From IMG/VR virus record IMGVR_UViG_3300036766_000678, positions 32,001-96,000 of that record: 64,000 nucleotides of DNA; one strand, written 5' to 3'. Source of the stretch: a virus. Both the position numbers and the translations under genes were made by a program. Below are positions 53,737-62,834 of the stretch, one piece after another (the stretch's first letter is position 1; each line of letters begins with the position of its first letter). The notes beneath the pieces were generated by a model. It was not told where the DNA came from. It saw only the letters and a list, made by a program, of their open reading frames with translations, and searched no databases.

Positions 53737-55701
53737 TTAAACAAGATTTAATCCCAACGTTATAATTATTGTGTCAGTTTCCAATGTGGGTTGTACACCT
53801 ACACTAAGGTTCACTTGGGTAGGAACTACTGAATCCACTGTTGCAGAAGGTGTAGTAAACGCAATAATAATTGTGTCATTTTGTATAGTTTGAAGAATAG
53901 CACTCGTTACTGTTTGAATCTGAAATGGTGTATCTTTCAAAAGTTTCTGACCTATGAAAATTGGATCAAGAAGTCCACGTAAGCTCTGAGCTACAAAATC
54001 CATAATTTGTGTAACTTGATAAAGCTGATTAGCAATCGTATCAAAAGCTGTAGTAGTTCCAAACAATACCTTGGGAACTGCCTGAATTGTATCAACAACA
54101 CAAACTCCTTGATTAATAAGCAGAGATTTTTCTGCCTGAGTCAAAGTATTTGTAATTGAAGTAAATCCAGAAATAACTTCACGAGTCATTGGTTGAGCTA
54201 CATCAAAAGAAGGATTACATCGAACACCAGCAAGTGCTGCTGCAACAAATTGACTACCAACAACTGTTTCAGTTGTATCTGTTCCGATAAATAGTTTGTT
54301 AGTCACTGTGGAATTGTTAAGTAACACTACACGCTTATCAGATACTGACGAAGCAAATCCCAGCATATCTTGATCTGTATAAGTTCCCTCAAGACCAACA
54401 ATAGTAGTACGTTCTAATTTATTAATAGTAGAACTAGCTGTATCAACATGATTTTTTATAACGGCTAAAAGCTGAGCATTTGCTGTACCCGCTAATGAAA
54501 CTACAATACTAATATTTGCTGTAGAAAGAAGTTTATTTAAAGAATTTTGAACTTGGGCAAAAACACTCCCATCATCTGGATCTTGCTGAATCACACAAAC
54601 AATACTAGCTCCATTTTGAAATGCTAAACTTGCACCAAGAGAAATGGAGGTGCTATTACTTACTGGACCATAATCATTCACAACTGATTGAAGTGTAAAA
54701 TAGAATTTGGGCGTATAATCTGCCGTTACTTTTGCATATTCATAAGTAACGAAATAATTAACTCCAGTAGCAGGAGCATCGGGGGTTTCAACAAATGACC
54801 CCGAAGTAAACCCAAGAAGGGAATTCGCTGTACCAGCACCAATATAAAGGCTGGAATTAACAGTATCTGTAGTAGCAATTTTTACATAATCTGACCCACC
54901 AGTTAATGTCACACCTGATTTAGGAAGATTAGTTGCATCACTAGTGGCTAAGGTTACAGCATTTCCTGAACGACCTGATGGAGTAGCAGTAATATTTACA
55001 ACTGCCCCAACAGCAACTGCACTCACTTCAGATAAAGCATTAATAGCACTAGCTAAAGAAGTAGCGGTGGCGGGATTCGATACTGCGGCTGTCCATTCAG
55101 CACCATTTGTCAATACATGACCTGCTACTGTAACAGTATCACCAGCAAGAGCTGTATAATCTACAACTGTATAAAAACCAGTAGCAGCAGTAGCAGCAAT
55201 ATTAGTTGTATTCGTAACTCCAGTAAAATTCGCCAAAATTGCGGTTTTTACTTCAGCAGCAGTGGCAGCAGATGGAACAGAAAAATTTCCATCAACAAAT
55301 GTATAAGTTTGAACTGAACCATTAGCGACGGCCAATTCAAATGTCTTATCATTTCCAGAAAGATCATATGTATCGGCTTCTGTACCAGTAAGTGAAGCGG
55401 CTAATGTAAGCCATTCTACTTTTCCAGCATTCCCACCCGTACCTAATTGATAGTCGATACCATTATCATAAAGTACAAAATTTTCATCTTGAATAGTTGA
55501 AGCAAGAGAAGTGGCAGTATGTGCTAAAGCATCATAAGCTGTTCCACCACGAGTAACTTCTTCGTTACTTGCTAAATTTGTAGTACGCCCAGTTCCCACC
55601 AATGCGGGAATGCGAATTCCCCCAGGTGCCGTGGGTAAAAGATTTGCTTGTATTTGTGAAAAAACGCCAGGAAGAACGAAGGCTCCATTTACGATAGGCA
55701 T
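53737..55701 (-). CDS. contractile tail sheath protein with inserted beta domains
   Basis: LPGVFSQ..ALVGTG; AAALAG..EKSLLINQGV..TT..DFV..FIGQK. Confidence 0.9.
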   Translation of the reverse strand: MPIVNGAFVLPGVFSQIQANLLPTAPGGIRIPALVGTGRTTNLASNEEVTRGGTAYDALAHTATSLASTIQDENFVLYDNGIDYQLGTGGNAGKVEWLTLAASLTGTEADTYDLSGNDKTFELAVANGSVQTYTFVDGNFSVPSAATAAEVKTAILANFTGVTNTTNIAATAATGFYTVVDYTALAGDTVTVAGHVLTNGAEWTAAVSNPATATSLASAINALSEVSAVAVGAVVNITATPSGRSGNAVTLATSDATNLPKSGVTLTGGSDYVKIATTDTVNSSLYIGAGTANSLLGFTSGSFVETPDAPATGVNYFVTYEYAKVTADYTPKFYFTLQSVVNDYGPVSNSTSISLGASLAFQNGASIVCVIQQDPDDGSVFAQVQNSLNKLLSTANISIVVSLAGTANAQLLAVIKNHVDTASSTINKLERTTIVGLEGTYTDQDMLGFASSVSDKRVVLLNNSTVTNKLFIGTDTTETVVGSQFVAAALAGVRCNPSFDVAQPMTREVISGFTSITNTLTQAEKSLLINQGVCVVDTIQAVPKVLFGTTTAFDTIANQLYQVTQIMDFVAQSLRGLLDPIFIGQKLLKDTPFQIQTVTSAILQTIQNDTIIIAFTTPSATVDSVVPTQVNLSVGVQPTLETDTIIITLGLNLV

Positions 55702-55845
55702 TGGTAATTTCTCCTTAAAATAAACTAAAAATCAAAACTATCTGTATGACAAAAATTTGAGTAAATAACTATTAAAATACTACTTAAACAGTATTCCCTA
55801 TATACACGCATTTTAATTATATTTTTACATCAAAAACAATATTAC

Positions 55846-57216
55846 CTACTGAGATAAATCTATAGTTAAAGTGAGAGGTGAAGTTCCTGTTCCTGTCGCG
55901 TTTGTTGCTTGCAATGTTACATAGAAAGTTCCAGAAACTGTAGGTTCACCGCTAACTAGCCCATTTCCGCTATCTACAGTTAATCCAAAAGGAAGGTCTA
56001 GAGCACCGTAGCTTAGAGGGCTATTAATAGCAGTAATTAAGTATGTAAAAGGTAAAATTAGGGCGGTTACATTTCCAGCAATAAATCCAGTTGTATCAGA
56101 AACAACTAAATGAGTAGCATCTGTTACCGAAGTAACTAAAGTTGTATTAATATCCTGAACAATTTTATATCCAGCAACGATACCATCTGTAGTATCTACT
56201 GTTAAATCGGTTGCATTATCAACGGATACAATATTAAATAAAATCTTCTCAGGTCCAGAAGCACTAATTGGGCTAGTAATTTTAGGTACTGGGGCTGTAT
56301 CTAAAGCTAAAGAAGTATTAACCCCAGTAACATTAGTAATTTCTAGGTCATCCGACCATTCACAATAAACATTTAGTACAAAATGATTTGTTATATACCA
56401 ACGACCATCTTGATAAGCTCTGCTTTCAGCAGGAAAAGTACGATCGATCATCTCAATGCCATGTGTGGCTAAATCATCTCTTATGGTTGAAATATTGTTG
56501 TATATTAGATCTAAAATTTCATCTCTAGCAATCGTATCATCAATTGTATAGAGATTGATATTTACTGTAACTACTAAACTTGAAAATATTTTATCTTGAG
56601 TAACTACCCCAAATTCATTTTTTGTCCAACCTAAATCATCTGGGCCAATATAACGAGTTTCATTTGCAGAGGTGGAATCAACCACGACCATGGGCCAGTC
56701 GTTGTAGTCCTGCGGGATAACATCTCCAATAAAAATCTGAGAATTATCAAAATCCCATTCTCCACCTTGAGTTAAAGTAGGGCCTGAAATTTGAACAACA
56801 GTAGAAATATTTGTCACTAATGTTATTGAATTACCAGCAGTACCTGAAATAGTAGCAGTTAAATTTACTACATTATTAACTGGACTTTGAGTAGCAGTGA
56901 CATTTAAAGTGGACGAATGAGCATTTACAAAAGCAATAAAATTAGCTTGTGTTATTACCTGGGTAACACCAATTTGAACTTGATTGCCAACTGGGGCACC
57001 AGTGACAAATGTAATTGTTACACCATTTATAATAACAGTATTTGTATTAGCAGGATTTCCAACAAATCTAATTGTACCTGTAGACGAAGATTCAAGATAA
57101 GGATATTTAAAATTTGGAACAGCCGTATTATTTTCGGGACGAAATAAATCTCTTAGGTTACGGATAACAGAATCCCGCACCCGACGAAGTACCAAAAAAG
57201 GGTTCGAATTAGCCAT
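55846..57216 (-). CDS. neck/tail-completion protein with inserted Ig-like and C-terminal He_PIG-like domains
   Basis: Context; C-terminal LPFGLTVDSGNGLVSGEPTVSGTFYVTLQATN. Confidence 0.6.
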   Translation of the reverse strand: MANSNPFLVLRRVRDSVIRNLRDLFRPENNTAVPNFKYPYLESSSTGTIRFVGNPANTNTVIINGVTITFVTGAPVGNQVQIGVTQVITQANFIAFVNAHSSTLNVTATQSPVNNVVNLTATISGTAGNSITLVTNISTVVQISGPTLTQGGEWDFDNSQIFIGDVIPQDYNDWPMVVVDSTSANETRYIGPDDLGWTKNEFGVVTQDKIFSSLVVTVNINLYTIDDTIARDEILDLIYNNISTIRDDLATHGIEMIDRTFPAESRAYQDGRWYITNHFVLNVYCEWSDDLEITNVTGVNTSLALDTAPVPKITSPISASGPEKILFNIVSVDNATDLTVDTTDGIVAGYKIVQDINTTLVTSVTDATHLVVSDTTGFIAGNVTALILPFTYLITAINSPLSYGALDLPFGLTVDSGNGLVSGEPTVSGTFYVTLQATNATGTGTSPLTLTIDLSQ

Positions 57217-57218
57217 TG

Positions 57219-57782
57219 TTAAAGTCCCGAAGGCAAAGTATAAACTATATTTCCACGTTCTACTTCTACTAGATCGAAATCTTGATGAGTGATAAAATGC
57301 TTCATTCTTCGAGGAAAAACCTGGGTAACAAAAAATCTTTGATTATTACGACGTACAATCATATCACCAGATGCCAAAAGAGGTTCCCATAGCGTCCACG
57401 AATGTGGTTTGTAAACTCTCTGTACACCAAAATCTGTTTTAGTAAATTCCTCTGGGCCACTAGAAAGCAAACTTATTACAATTTCAATTGGAGCAAAATA
57501 CCCATGATAAGGCCCTCCAATATCGGAACCTGTTGTTGTAGAATTTTCTGCAACAAATCCAGTTCCAAAACATTCGGTATCAGAATGTTGAACAGATGAA
57601 TGTCGAACAGCGTCATATTGGCTACAGCGTCGGCCAGAATATCTCCGCTTATAAAGTAATACCCGCTCGCCCCCTGCGGTCAACACCCATTTATCGCGTT
57701 CTCTTATACTCAAAAAGTACCACTCCCAACCAGATGGGCCACGTAAAGACAAATCAGGGAGTATGCCAAAAGAATGTCCCAT
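57219..57782 (-). CDS. head-closure/neck protein
   Basis: GGERVLLYKR..CFGTGF..WTLWEP..GDMIV; context. Confidence 0.6.
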   Translation of the reverse strand: MGHSFGILPDLSLRGPSGWEWYFLSIRERDKWVLTAGGERVLLYKRRYSGRRCSQYDAVRHSSVQHSDTECFGTGFVAENSTTTGSDIGGPYHGYFAPIEIVISLLSSGPEEFTKTDFGVQRVYKPHSWTLWEPLLASGDMIVRRNNQRFFVTQVFPRRMKHFITHQDFDLVEVERGNIVYTLPSGL

Positions 57783-57783
57783 G

Positions 57784-58707
57784 TTAAAAATTACCTCTTT
57801 TTATTTTGTAAGGAATTTTTTTAATTTTCTTAGCCAATATAGGATTGTACCCTTTAGAATTTGGACTTATATAATAAGCCAATTTCATTTTTAACTGTCG
57901 TTCTTTTTTATTATTAGATTTTCTAGTGGGACGATACCCATGTTTATTAATAAACTTAAAAATTTCATTTTCTACTTTTTTTAATTTATATACAGTGAAA
58001 GTTGGAAATCTATTTATCTTTTTCTCAAAATTTAGATCATATGCAGAACCATTATGGTTTAAATATACGCTTAGGGCATTACCCAATATAGATTCATATT
58101 TATTATCTGTTTGATATACTGGCCTATATCCATACTTTTTACAAAATTCTAATATTTCGTTCTTTCTATCTTCTGCTCCTTTAATAGCTTTATCAGGATA
58201 TTTAGAAATTATTTTTGCAAATTCTGGGTCATACGAAAAAGTTGTTTTTCCCATATACATACGTAAAGCATTACCTAAAAATCTTTCTCTTTTAGTTCCA
58301 GTTCCACTAGAGGGCCTATACCCAAATTTTTTAATAAATTTTAAAATATTCTTTTTATTTTTAATTGTTTGTGGCTCTGGACCAAATTTTATTCCAAAAT
58401 TACTTTCTGCAATCTTACGAATATTGTACCCAAATTTATCATCATAACTTTGCAGCTTATCCATCCAATATTGCTCTCTTTTTTCTAATTTCTTTTTAGT
58501 TGGATTCTTTATAATTTCAAGTATTTTAAATACAAAGTTATCTTCTCCATATTTATTCCAAGCATTTTGAAGATACGGATTTTCATGTTTATTAAAAAAA
58601 AGATCATGGAAATGCATAGTATTTCTATGAGATAAATCTCCAGAACTACCTACATATCCTTTCCCATTAATCTTATTTACTATCCTGTAAATACCTGATT
58701 GTTTCAT
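57784..58707 (-). CDS. GIY-YIG endonuclease with three HA-like repeats
   Basis: SGIYRI..GYVGSS..LQNAWNKYG..GYN; 3x FxxKxGYRP..E..L..Y..YD. Confidence 0.88.
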   Translation of the reverse strand: MKQSGIYRIVNKINGKGYVGSSGDLSHRNTMHFHDLFFNKHENPYLQNAWNKYGEDNFVFKILEIIKNPTKKKLEKREQYWMDKLQSYDDKFGYNIRKIAESNFGIKFGPEPQTIKNKKNILKFIKKFGYRPSSGTGTKRERFLGNALRMYMGKTTFSYDPEFAKIISKYPDKAIKGAEDRKNEILEFCKKYGYRPVYQTDNKYESILGNALSVYLNHNGSAYDLNFEKKINRFPTFTVYKLKKVENEIFKFINKHGYRPTRKSNNKKERQLKMKLAYYISPNSKGYNPILAKKIKKIPYKIKRGNF

Positions 58708-58714
58708 ATCTTTA

Positions 58715-58723
58715 ATTATATCA
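58715..58723 (-). promoter_or_regulatory. extended -10 promoter, likely leaderless mRNA
   Basis: TGATATAAT 7 nt before the ATG at 58707. Confidence 0.55.
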
Positions 58724-58790
58724 TATTTATATTTATTTTACAGCCAATATAAATGAATGTCCGATTGTAGTATACCTCTCTAGTTAAAAT

Positions 58791-58949
58791 TTAATTTGGC
58801 TGCAATAATATAATCGCAGAATTATATTCTTCTTCAGTAATAAACTGAATATCTGCGCCACCTAATTCAGTAAGAAGCCTAATTACTGTTTCCTGATCCA
58901 TTCCTTCTGTTGATTGATATCCTCTTGAGGAACTTATATAAAGTTTCAT
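58791..58949 (-). CDS. small fibre-associated protein (52 aa, XkdX-like ITEEEY motif)
   Basis: Not in ORF track; hand-translated MKLYISSSRG..IQFITEEEYN; TAATG overlap. Confidence 0.55.
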   Translation of the reverse strand: MKLYISSSRGYQSTEGMDQETVIRLLTELGGADIQFITEEEYNSAIILLQPN

Positions 58950-59443
58950 TAACGCATTCTCCTTGCTGATAATCGAGCGGTACAGAAAAAGGAGCCTGTA
59001 TAGGTAGCACTCTCTTTTAGATAAACTGTTGTAGTTCCACTTAATGACATTCGATAACTTGAAACCACTTGGGTAAAGTCATGTGTTGTTGCACCAATAA
59101 CATCTATTGCTTGATTACTTCCAGCAACTAGTCCTGTGCTAGAATTCCCAGATGTAGTTGAAATTCCCGTAATAGCTATAGTAATCGCTGTACCACTATT
59201 AAAGTAATTTATCGCTGTAACATCCCAATCCCCAGCAGTAAGACTTATAGATGTAACATCACCATAAGTTCCAGAAGCAGCTACGGCTGTACCAGCAGTA
59301 ATTGATTCAATATATTCCCCTACAACTCCAGAAGATGCATTATCATTTGTTGTAGTACCTTTAATTCCTGCTGTAGTAGGACTAAAGATAAGATTCGAGC
59401 TTAAATTATTAAATAAAGCTGGATCTATTCGTGTTCGAGACAT
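58949..59443 (-). CDS. stand-alone paralog of the C-terminal tip domain of the 59555 fibre
   Basis: KGTTTND..GEY..SISLTAGDWDVT..GNSSTGL..GTTT..RLSARR(M/V)R shared. Confidence 0.8.
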   Translation of the reverse strand: MSRTRIDPALFNNLSSNLIFSPTTAGIKGTTTNDNASSGVVGEYIESITAGTAVAASGTYGDVTSISLTAGDWDVTAINYFNSGTAITIAITGISTTSGNSSTGLVAGSNQAIDVIGATTHDFTQVVSSYRMSLSGTTTVYLKESATYTGSFFCTARLSARRMR

Positions 59444-59554
59444 AAAATTATATCTCCTGTTAAGTTAAAATAACTAATTAGGTTTGTAATTCTAAAATTA
59501 AATGGTAAATCTTTTACTATTTTCAAGCATTACCATCAGATGTATAAAATCTCA

Positions 59555-62122
59555 TTAACGCACTCTCCTCGCGGATAAACGCCCATCCCATTGAGGGGGA
59601 CCACCAGAAGCATACTCAGCACGAAATTTTGCATAGATGGTTGTTGTTCCATTTAAGGATTGATGATAAACTGCAACCGTACCATCAGATTCATTATCAG
59701 CCGTAGTGGGTGACCGTAAATAATGTAAATTACTTCCTATGACTAGCCCAGTACTGCTATTCCCCGTAGTTTGGGAAACGCCAATCTGGTAGGCTGAGTT
59801 ATTATTAACTGTTGCACCATTTCTTGACACATGGGCATTCAATGTAACGTCCCAATCCCCAGCAGTTAAAGAAATAGATGTCAAATCTCCATACGCACCG
59901 CTGGACGGAGAATTAACTGCCGAGACGACACTTTCAACATATTCCCCAACATACCCAGCAGCAGCACTATCATTTGTGGTTGTACCTTTAATAGTAGTAG
60001 GTAAAAATGTGGTAATAGCTGTAGTACTAATTGTAAAACGGATGGTTTTACTGAAAGAGTTCCCAGAAGTAAGTCCACTATCTCCTGTTATATTTAATAC
60101 TCCACCAACTTTAGTGAGTGCATATGCCGATGTACTACGAGCGATATCAGCATTACCTGTCCATTCAGAATCAAATTCGAGTTGCACATTATCTGCTGAA
60201 TAAGTAAGAAATCCTAGATTTCCTAGTCCATTTGCTTTAATATGAAATTGCTCTGCTGATGGAGTAGCCCCAGTATCTATTACAAGTGGAAGTGCTGCTG
60301 TAATAGCCGTGGTACTTACTTCTAATTGTTTAATACCATTTGTAGCGAGAGCAATATCATCTGCGCCAATTCTATATAAACCAGTATTAACATCTCCTGA
60401 AAAAGAATAACCTGGAAGAGAGACAGTCCCATCTGTAACTAATAATTGATTACTTGAATTGGTAGTAATACTACTATCCCCACTTACTGTAGTACCACTA
60501 GTAGCATAATAGGCTAATTGATTAGCCGTTCCACTATTAACATTTCCAGAAGTAGATGTTGCTGGTTGAGAAAAAATAAAACTTACTTTCTCACCAGATA
60601 TCAAGGCATTATTAAAGGTTACTGTTGTACTATTTGTTTCTAAATAATCTACTGTGGCCCCAATCGTTTGAACATCTCCATCAAGAGTAACAATTAATGT
60701 ATGCCCCCCTACATTATAAGAATTAACTAAATTAAAAACAGTTGTTGACCCAGTGTAGTTACTTAAAGCAGTTCCTACAACATAATCTTCTCGATAGCCG
60801 ACTCCACCACCTTGTTGCCAAGTTGTATTTCCCGACCCGTCTGTTTGCAAGAAATAAGCAGAAGTTCCTGCTGTTGTTGGTAATTGTAATGTATAAGAAG
60901 TTGTACTATTTGTAGCTTTTAGTGTAACAGTATTTGTTGAATTGTCTGTAAGGACTAAAGCTTTTGTACTTGCAAGAGTAATACTATTAGAAAAACTCCA
61001 AGTCCCACCAATAGTATAATTACCTTTATCCAATACCATATTTGCGGCACTACCTGCATCTGGAATAGTATAAGTTCTTGAAGCAGCAGGTGCTGTTGAA
61101 GAAATTGTAGTTGTATTAGTAACCCCTAATACTAATTGATTTGTTGTAGGATTAATTGTAACAGCACTTGAAAATGTTTTGGCCCCATTTATTGTAGCGG
61201 TACCTTCAGACATTACAAAATTAGCACTAGTCCCCGCATCTAAAATTGTATAAGTTCTAGCTCCTGCTTGAGAAGCATTTGTAATAGTTGTAGTGGTGTC
61301 CCCCGAACTTGATGTAGCAGTAATTTCAATTTTACCTGTAGTAGCGGATGAGGGAAAAACATCCACAGTTCCTGCTGTACCAGAAGCACCTGCTTTAATA
61401 TCTTTTGCAAATACTGTTGTCCATCTTTTCGAACTAGAACCTAATGCAATTGAATTATCTGTTCCTGGTAACAAGGCCGTATTTATGGCTACTCCAGATA
61501 GATTATCTAAAGCAACAGTTGCCCCAGAACTTGCAGGAGTTGACCATGAGGTAACACCTGAACCATTAGTAGTGAGAACCTGTCCACTATCCCCGTCATT
61601 GACGGGCAAAGTTAATGCCCATGAAGCATCTAATATTGCAGGGGCACCAATTGTAATTGTATCAGTTCCTGCTCCTGCCTCTTGGATAATAAGGCTGGTT
61701 CCAAGATAAAGTGTTCGCCAATTGATACTAGATGTTCCTAAATCATCAGTATCATGAGTATCACTTACTAGAGTAGTATTTATAGCAACGGATGCTAAGT
61801 TATCTAATGCTGTTGTTGCCCCTCCGCTACTTGAGTTCCAAGAAAGATTACCACTGCCGTCATTTTGAAGAAATTGCACCCCTGTAGATTGGGCAACAGG
61901 CAATTTTAATATATACGAAGTTGTTACATCATCAGGAGCTTCTATTGTAACTGAATCTGTTCCATTTCCAGTTTGTTCTTTAAAAATAACAGAACCCTGA
62001 TTTATAAGAGTAAGATTTCCTGTACCAAGTTTAGAAAGCTGAATAGCTGCCGTAGTAGCTATGTCATCATCTACAATACTGCCATCAAGTATTTGGTCTG
62101 CGTTAATCTGTGTTCGTGGCAT
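59555..62122 (-). CDS. modular tail fibre protein
   Basis: Internal repeats (ALDNLxxVAINT x2; LxLP..LxxDGSG..SW x3; RTYTIxDAG x2). Confidence 0.8.
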   Translation of the reverse strand: MPRTQINADQILDGSIVDDDIATTAAIQLSKLGTGNLTLINQGSVIFKEQTGNGTDSVTIEAPDDVTTSYILKLPVAQSTGVQFLQNDGSGNLSWNSSSGGATTALDNLASVAINTTLVSDTHDTDDLGTSSINWRTLYLGTSLIIQEAGAGTDTITIGAPAILDASWALTLPVNDGDSGQVLTTNGSGVTSWSTPASSGATVALDNLSGVAINTALLPGTDNSIALGSSSKRWTTVFAKDIKAGASGTAGTVDVFPSSATTGKIEITATSSSGDTTTTITNASQAGARTYTILDAGTSANFVMSEGTATINGAKTFSSAVTINPTTNQLVLGVTNTTTISSTAPAASRTYTIPDAGSAANMVLDKGNYTIGGTWSFSNSITLASTKALVLTDNSTNTVTLKATNSTTSYTLQLPTTAGTSAYFLQTDGSGNTTWQQGGGVGYREDYVVGTALSNYTGSTTVFNLVNSYNVGGHTLIVTLDGDVQTIGATVDYLETNSTTVTFNNALISGEKVSFIFSQPATSTSGNVNSGTANQLAYYATSGTTVSGDSSITTNSSNQLLVTDGTVSLPGYSFSGDVNTGLYRIGADDIALATNGIKQLEVSTTAITAALPLVIDTGATPSAEQFHIKANGLGNLGFLTYSADNVQLEFDSEWTGNADIARSTSAYALTKVGGVLNITGDSGLTSGNSFSKTIRFTISTTAITTFLPTTIKGTTTNDSAAAGYVGEYVESVVSAVNSPSSGAYGDLTSISLTAGDWDVTLNAHVSRNGATVNNNSAYQIGVSQTTGNSSTGLVIGSNLHYLRSPTTADNESDGTVAVYHQSLNGTTTIYAKFRAEYASGGPPQWDGRLSARRVR

Positions 62123-62371
62123 CTAATTAAAATCCTTAAAATCTATTTGTGTAATTAATCGTGCTGCTTTTTGAAAAGCTCCTTCTGGAACTTTTATGTG
62201 AGTTCCGTCAGTTGAAAGTGTGCCCCAAGTTATCTCCCTTGCATGACTTAACGGAGTATCCTTTTTTAAAAGGACAACAATATAGAAGATATCGTGCTCG
62301 AATGAAAATGCTTTTACTACTTGTAAATTAAGAGTAAATGGAATCTTTTGATTAACTCGTAGAATCGGCAT
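62123..62371 (-). CDS. hypothetical protein
   Basis: ORF track; AGGAG SD. Confidence 0.55.
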   Translation of the reverse strand: MPILRVNQKIPFTLNLQVVKAFSFEHDIFYIVVLLKKDTPLSHAREITWGTLSTDGTHIKVPEGAFQKAARLITQIDFKDFN

Positions 62372-62460
62372 AGTACTCCTAAATATATTTTTAAATAAAC
62401 AGAAATAACACTACATTATTACAATGTAATGTTAAAAATGGAAGAATTATTTACTGCGGA

Positions 62461-62706
62461 TTACTTCTTTAAACTATCAGCTAGAAGCTGGAGTCCTTCT
62501 AAGGCACCTTCCAATTTCGTCGCCAAAATTTTCTGTGCTTCAAATTGCTGTTGCAATTTTGCCATATTACTTTTGGCTACTTCAAGCTGCTTACGAAAGT
62601 TATCCTGTTGGGCTGTAAGCACTTCAACAGGTGTCTTTGTTACAACTGGAGTAGAATTATTTTCTACAACTGTAGCTTCAACTGCTTCATTGCTTTTCTT
62701 TGTCAT
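62461..62706 (-). CDS. small coiled-coil protein
   Basis: Heptad-rich; AGGAG SD. Confidence 0.65.
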   Translation of the reverse strand: MTKKSNEAVEATVVENNSTPVVTKTPVEVLTAQQDNFRKQLEVAKSNMAKLQQQFEAQKILATKLEGALEGLQLLADSLKK

Positions 62707-62834
62707 CTCTGATCTCCTATTTTAATAATATACCGAAGAGCAATAAAGGGGGTAAACCTCTACTGCTCTTCATTAGTATATCATACTTTTCGAATTTTTA
62801 TTCTACTTATTTTTATCTAATAGATAACTATCTA

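Noticed and set aside
58949-60010. Diversity-generating retroelement (TR/VR) between the fibre tip and its paralog, or between the 40.5 kb and 63.1 kb repeats
   Set aside because: Differences are not adenine-specific, are largely synonymous or too divergent, both copies are coding, and no reverse transcriptase is in the window
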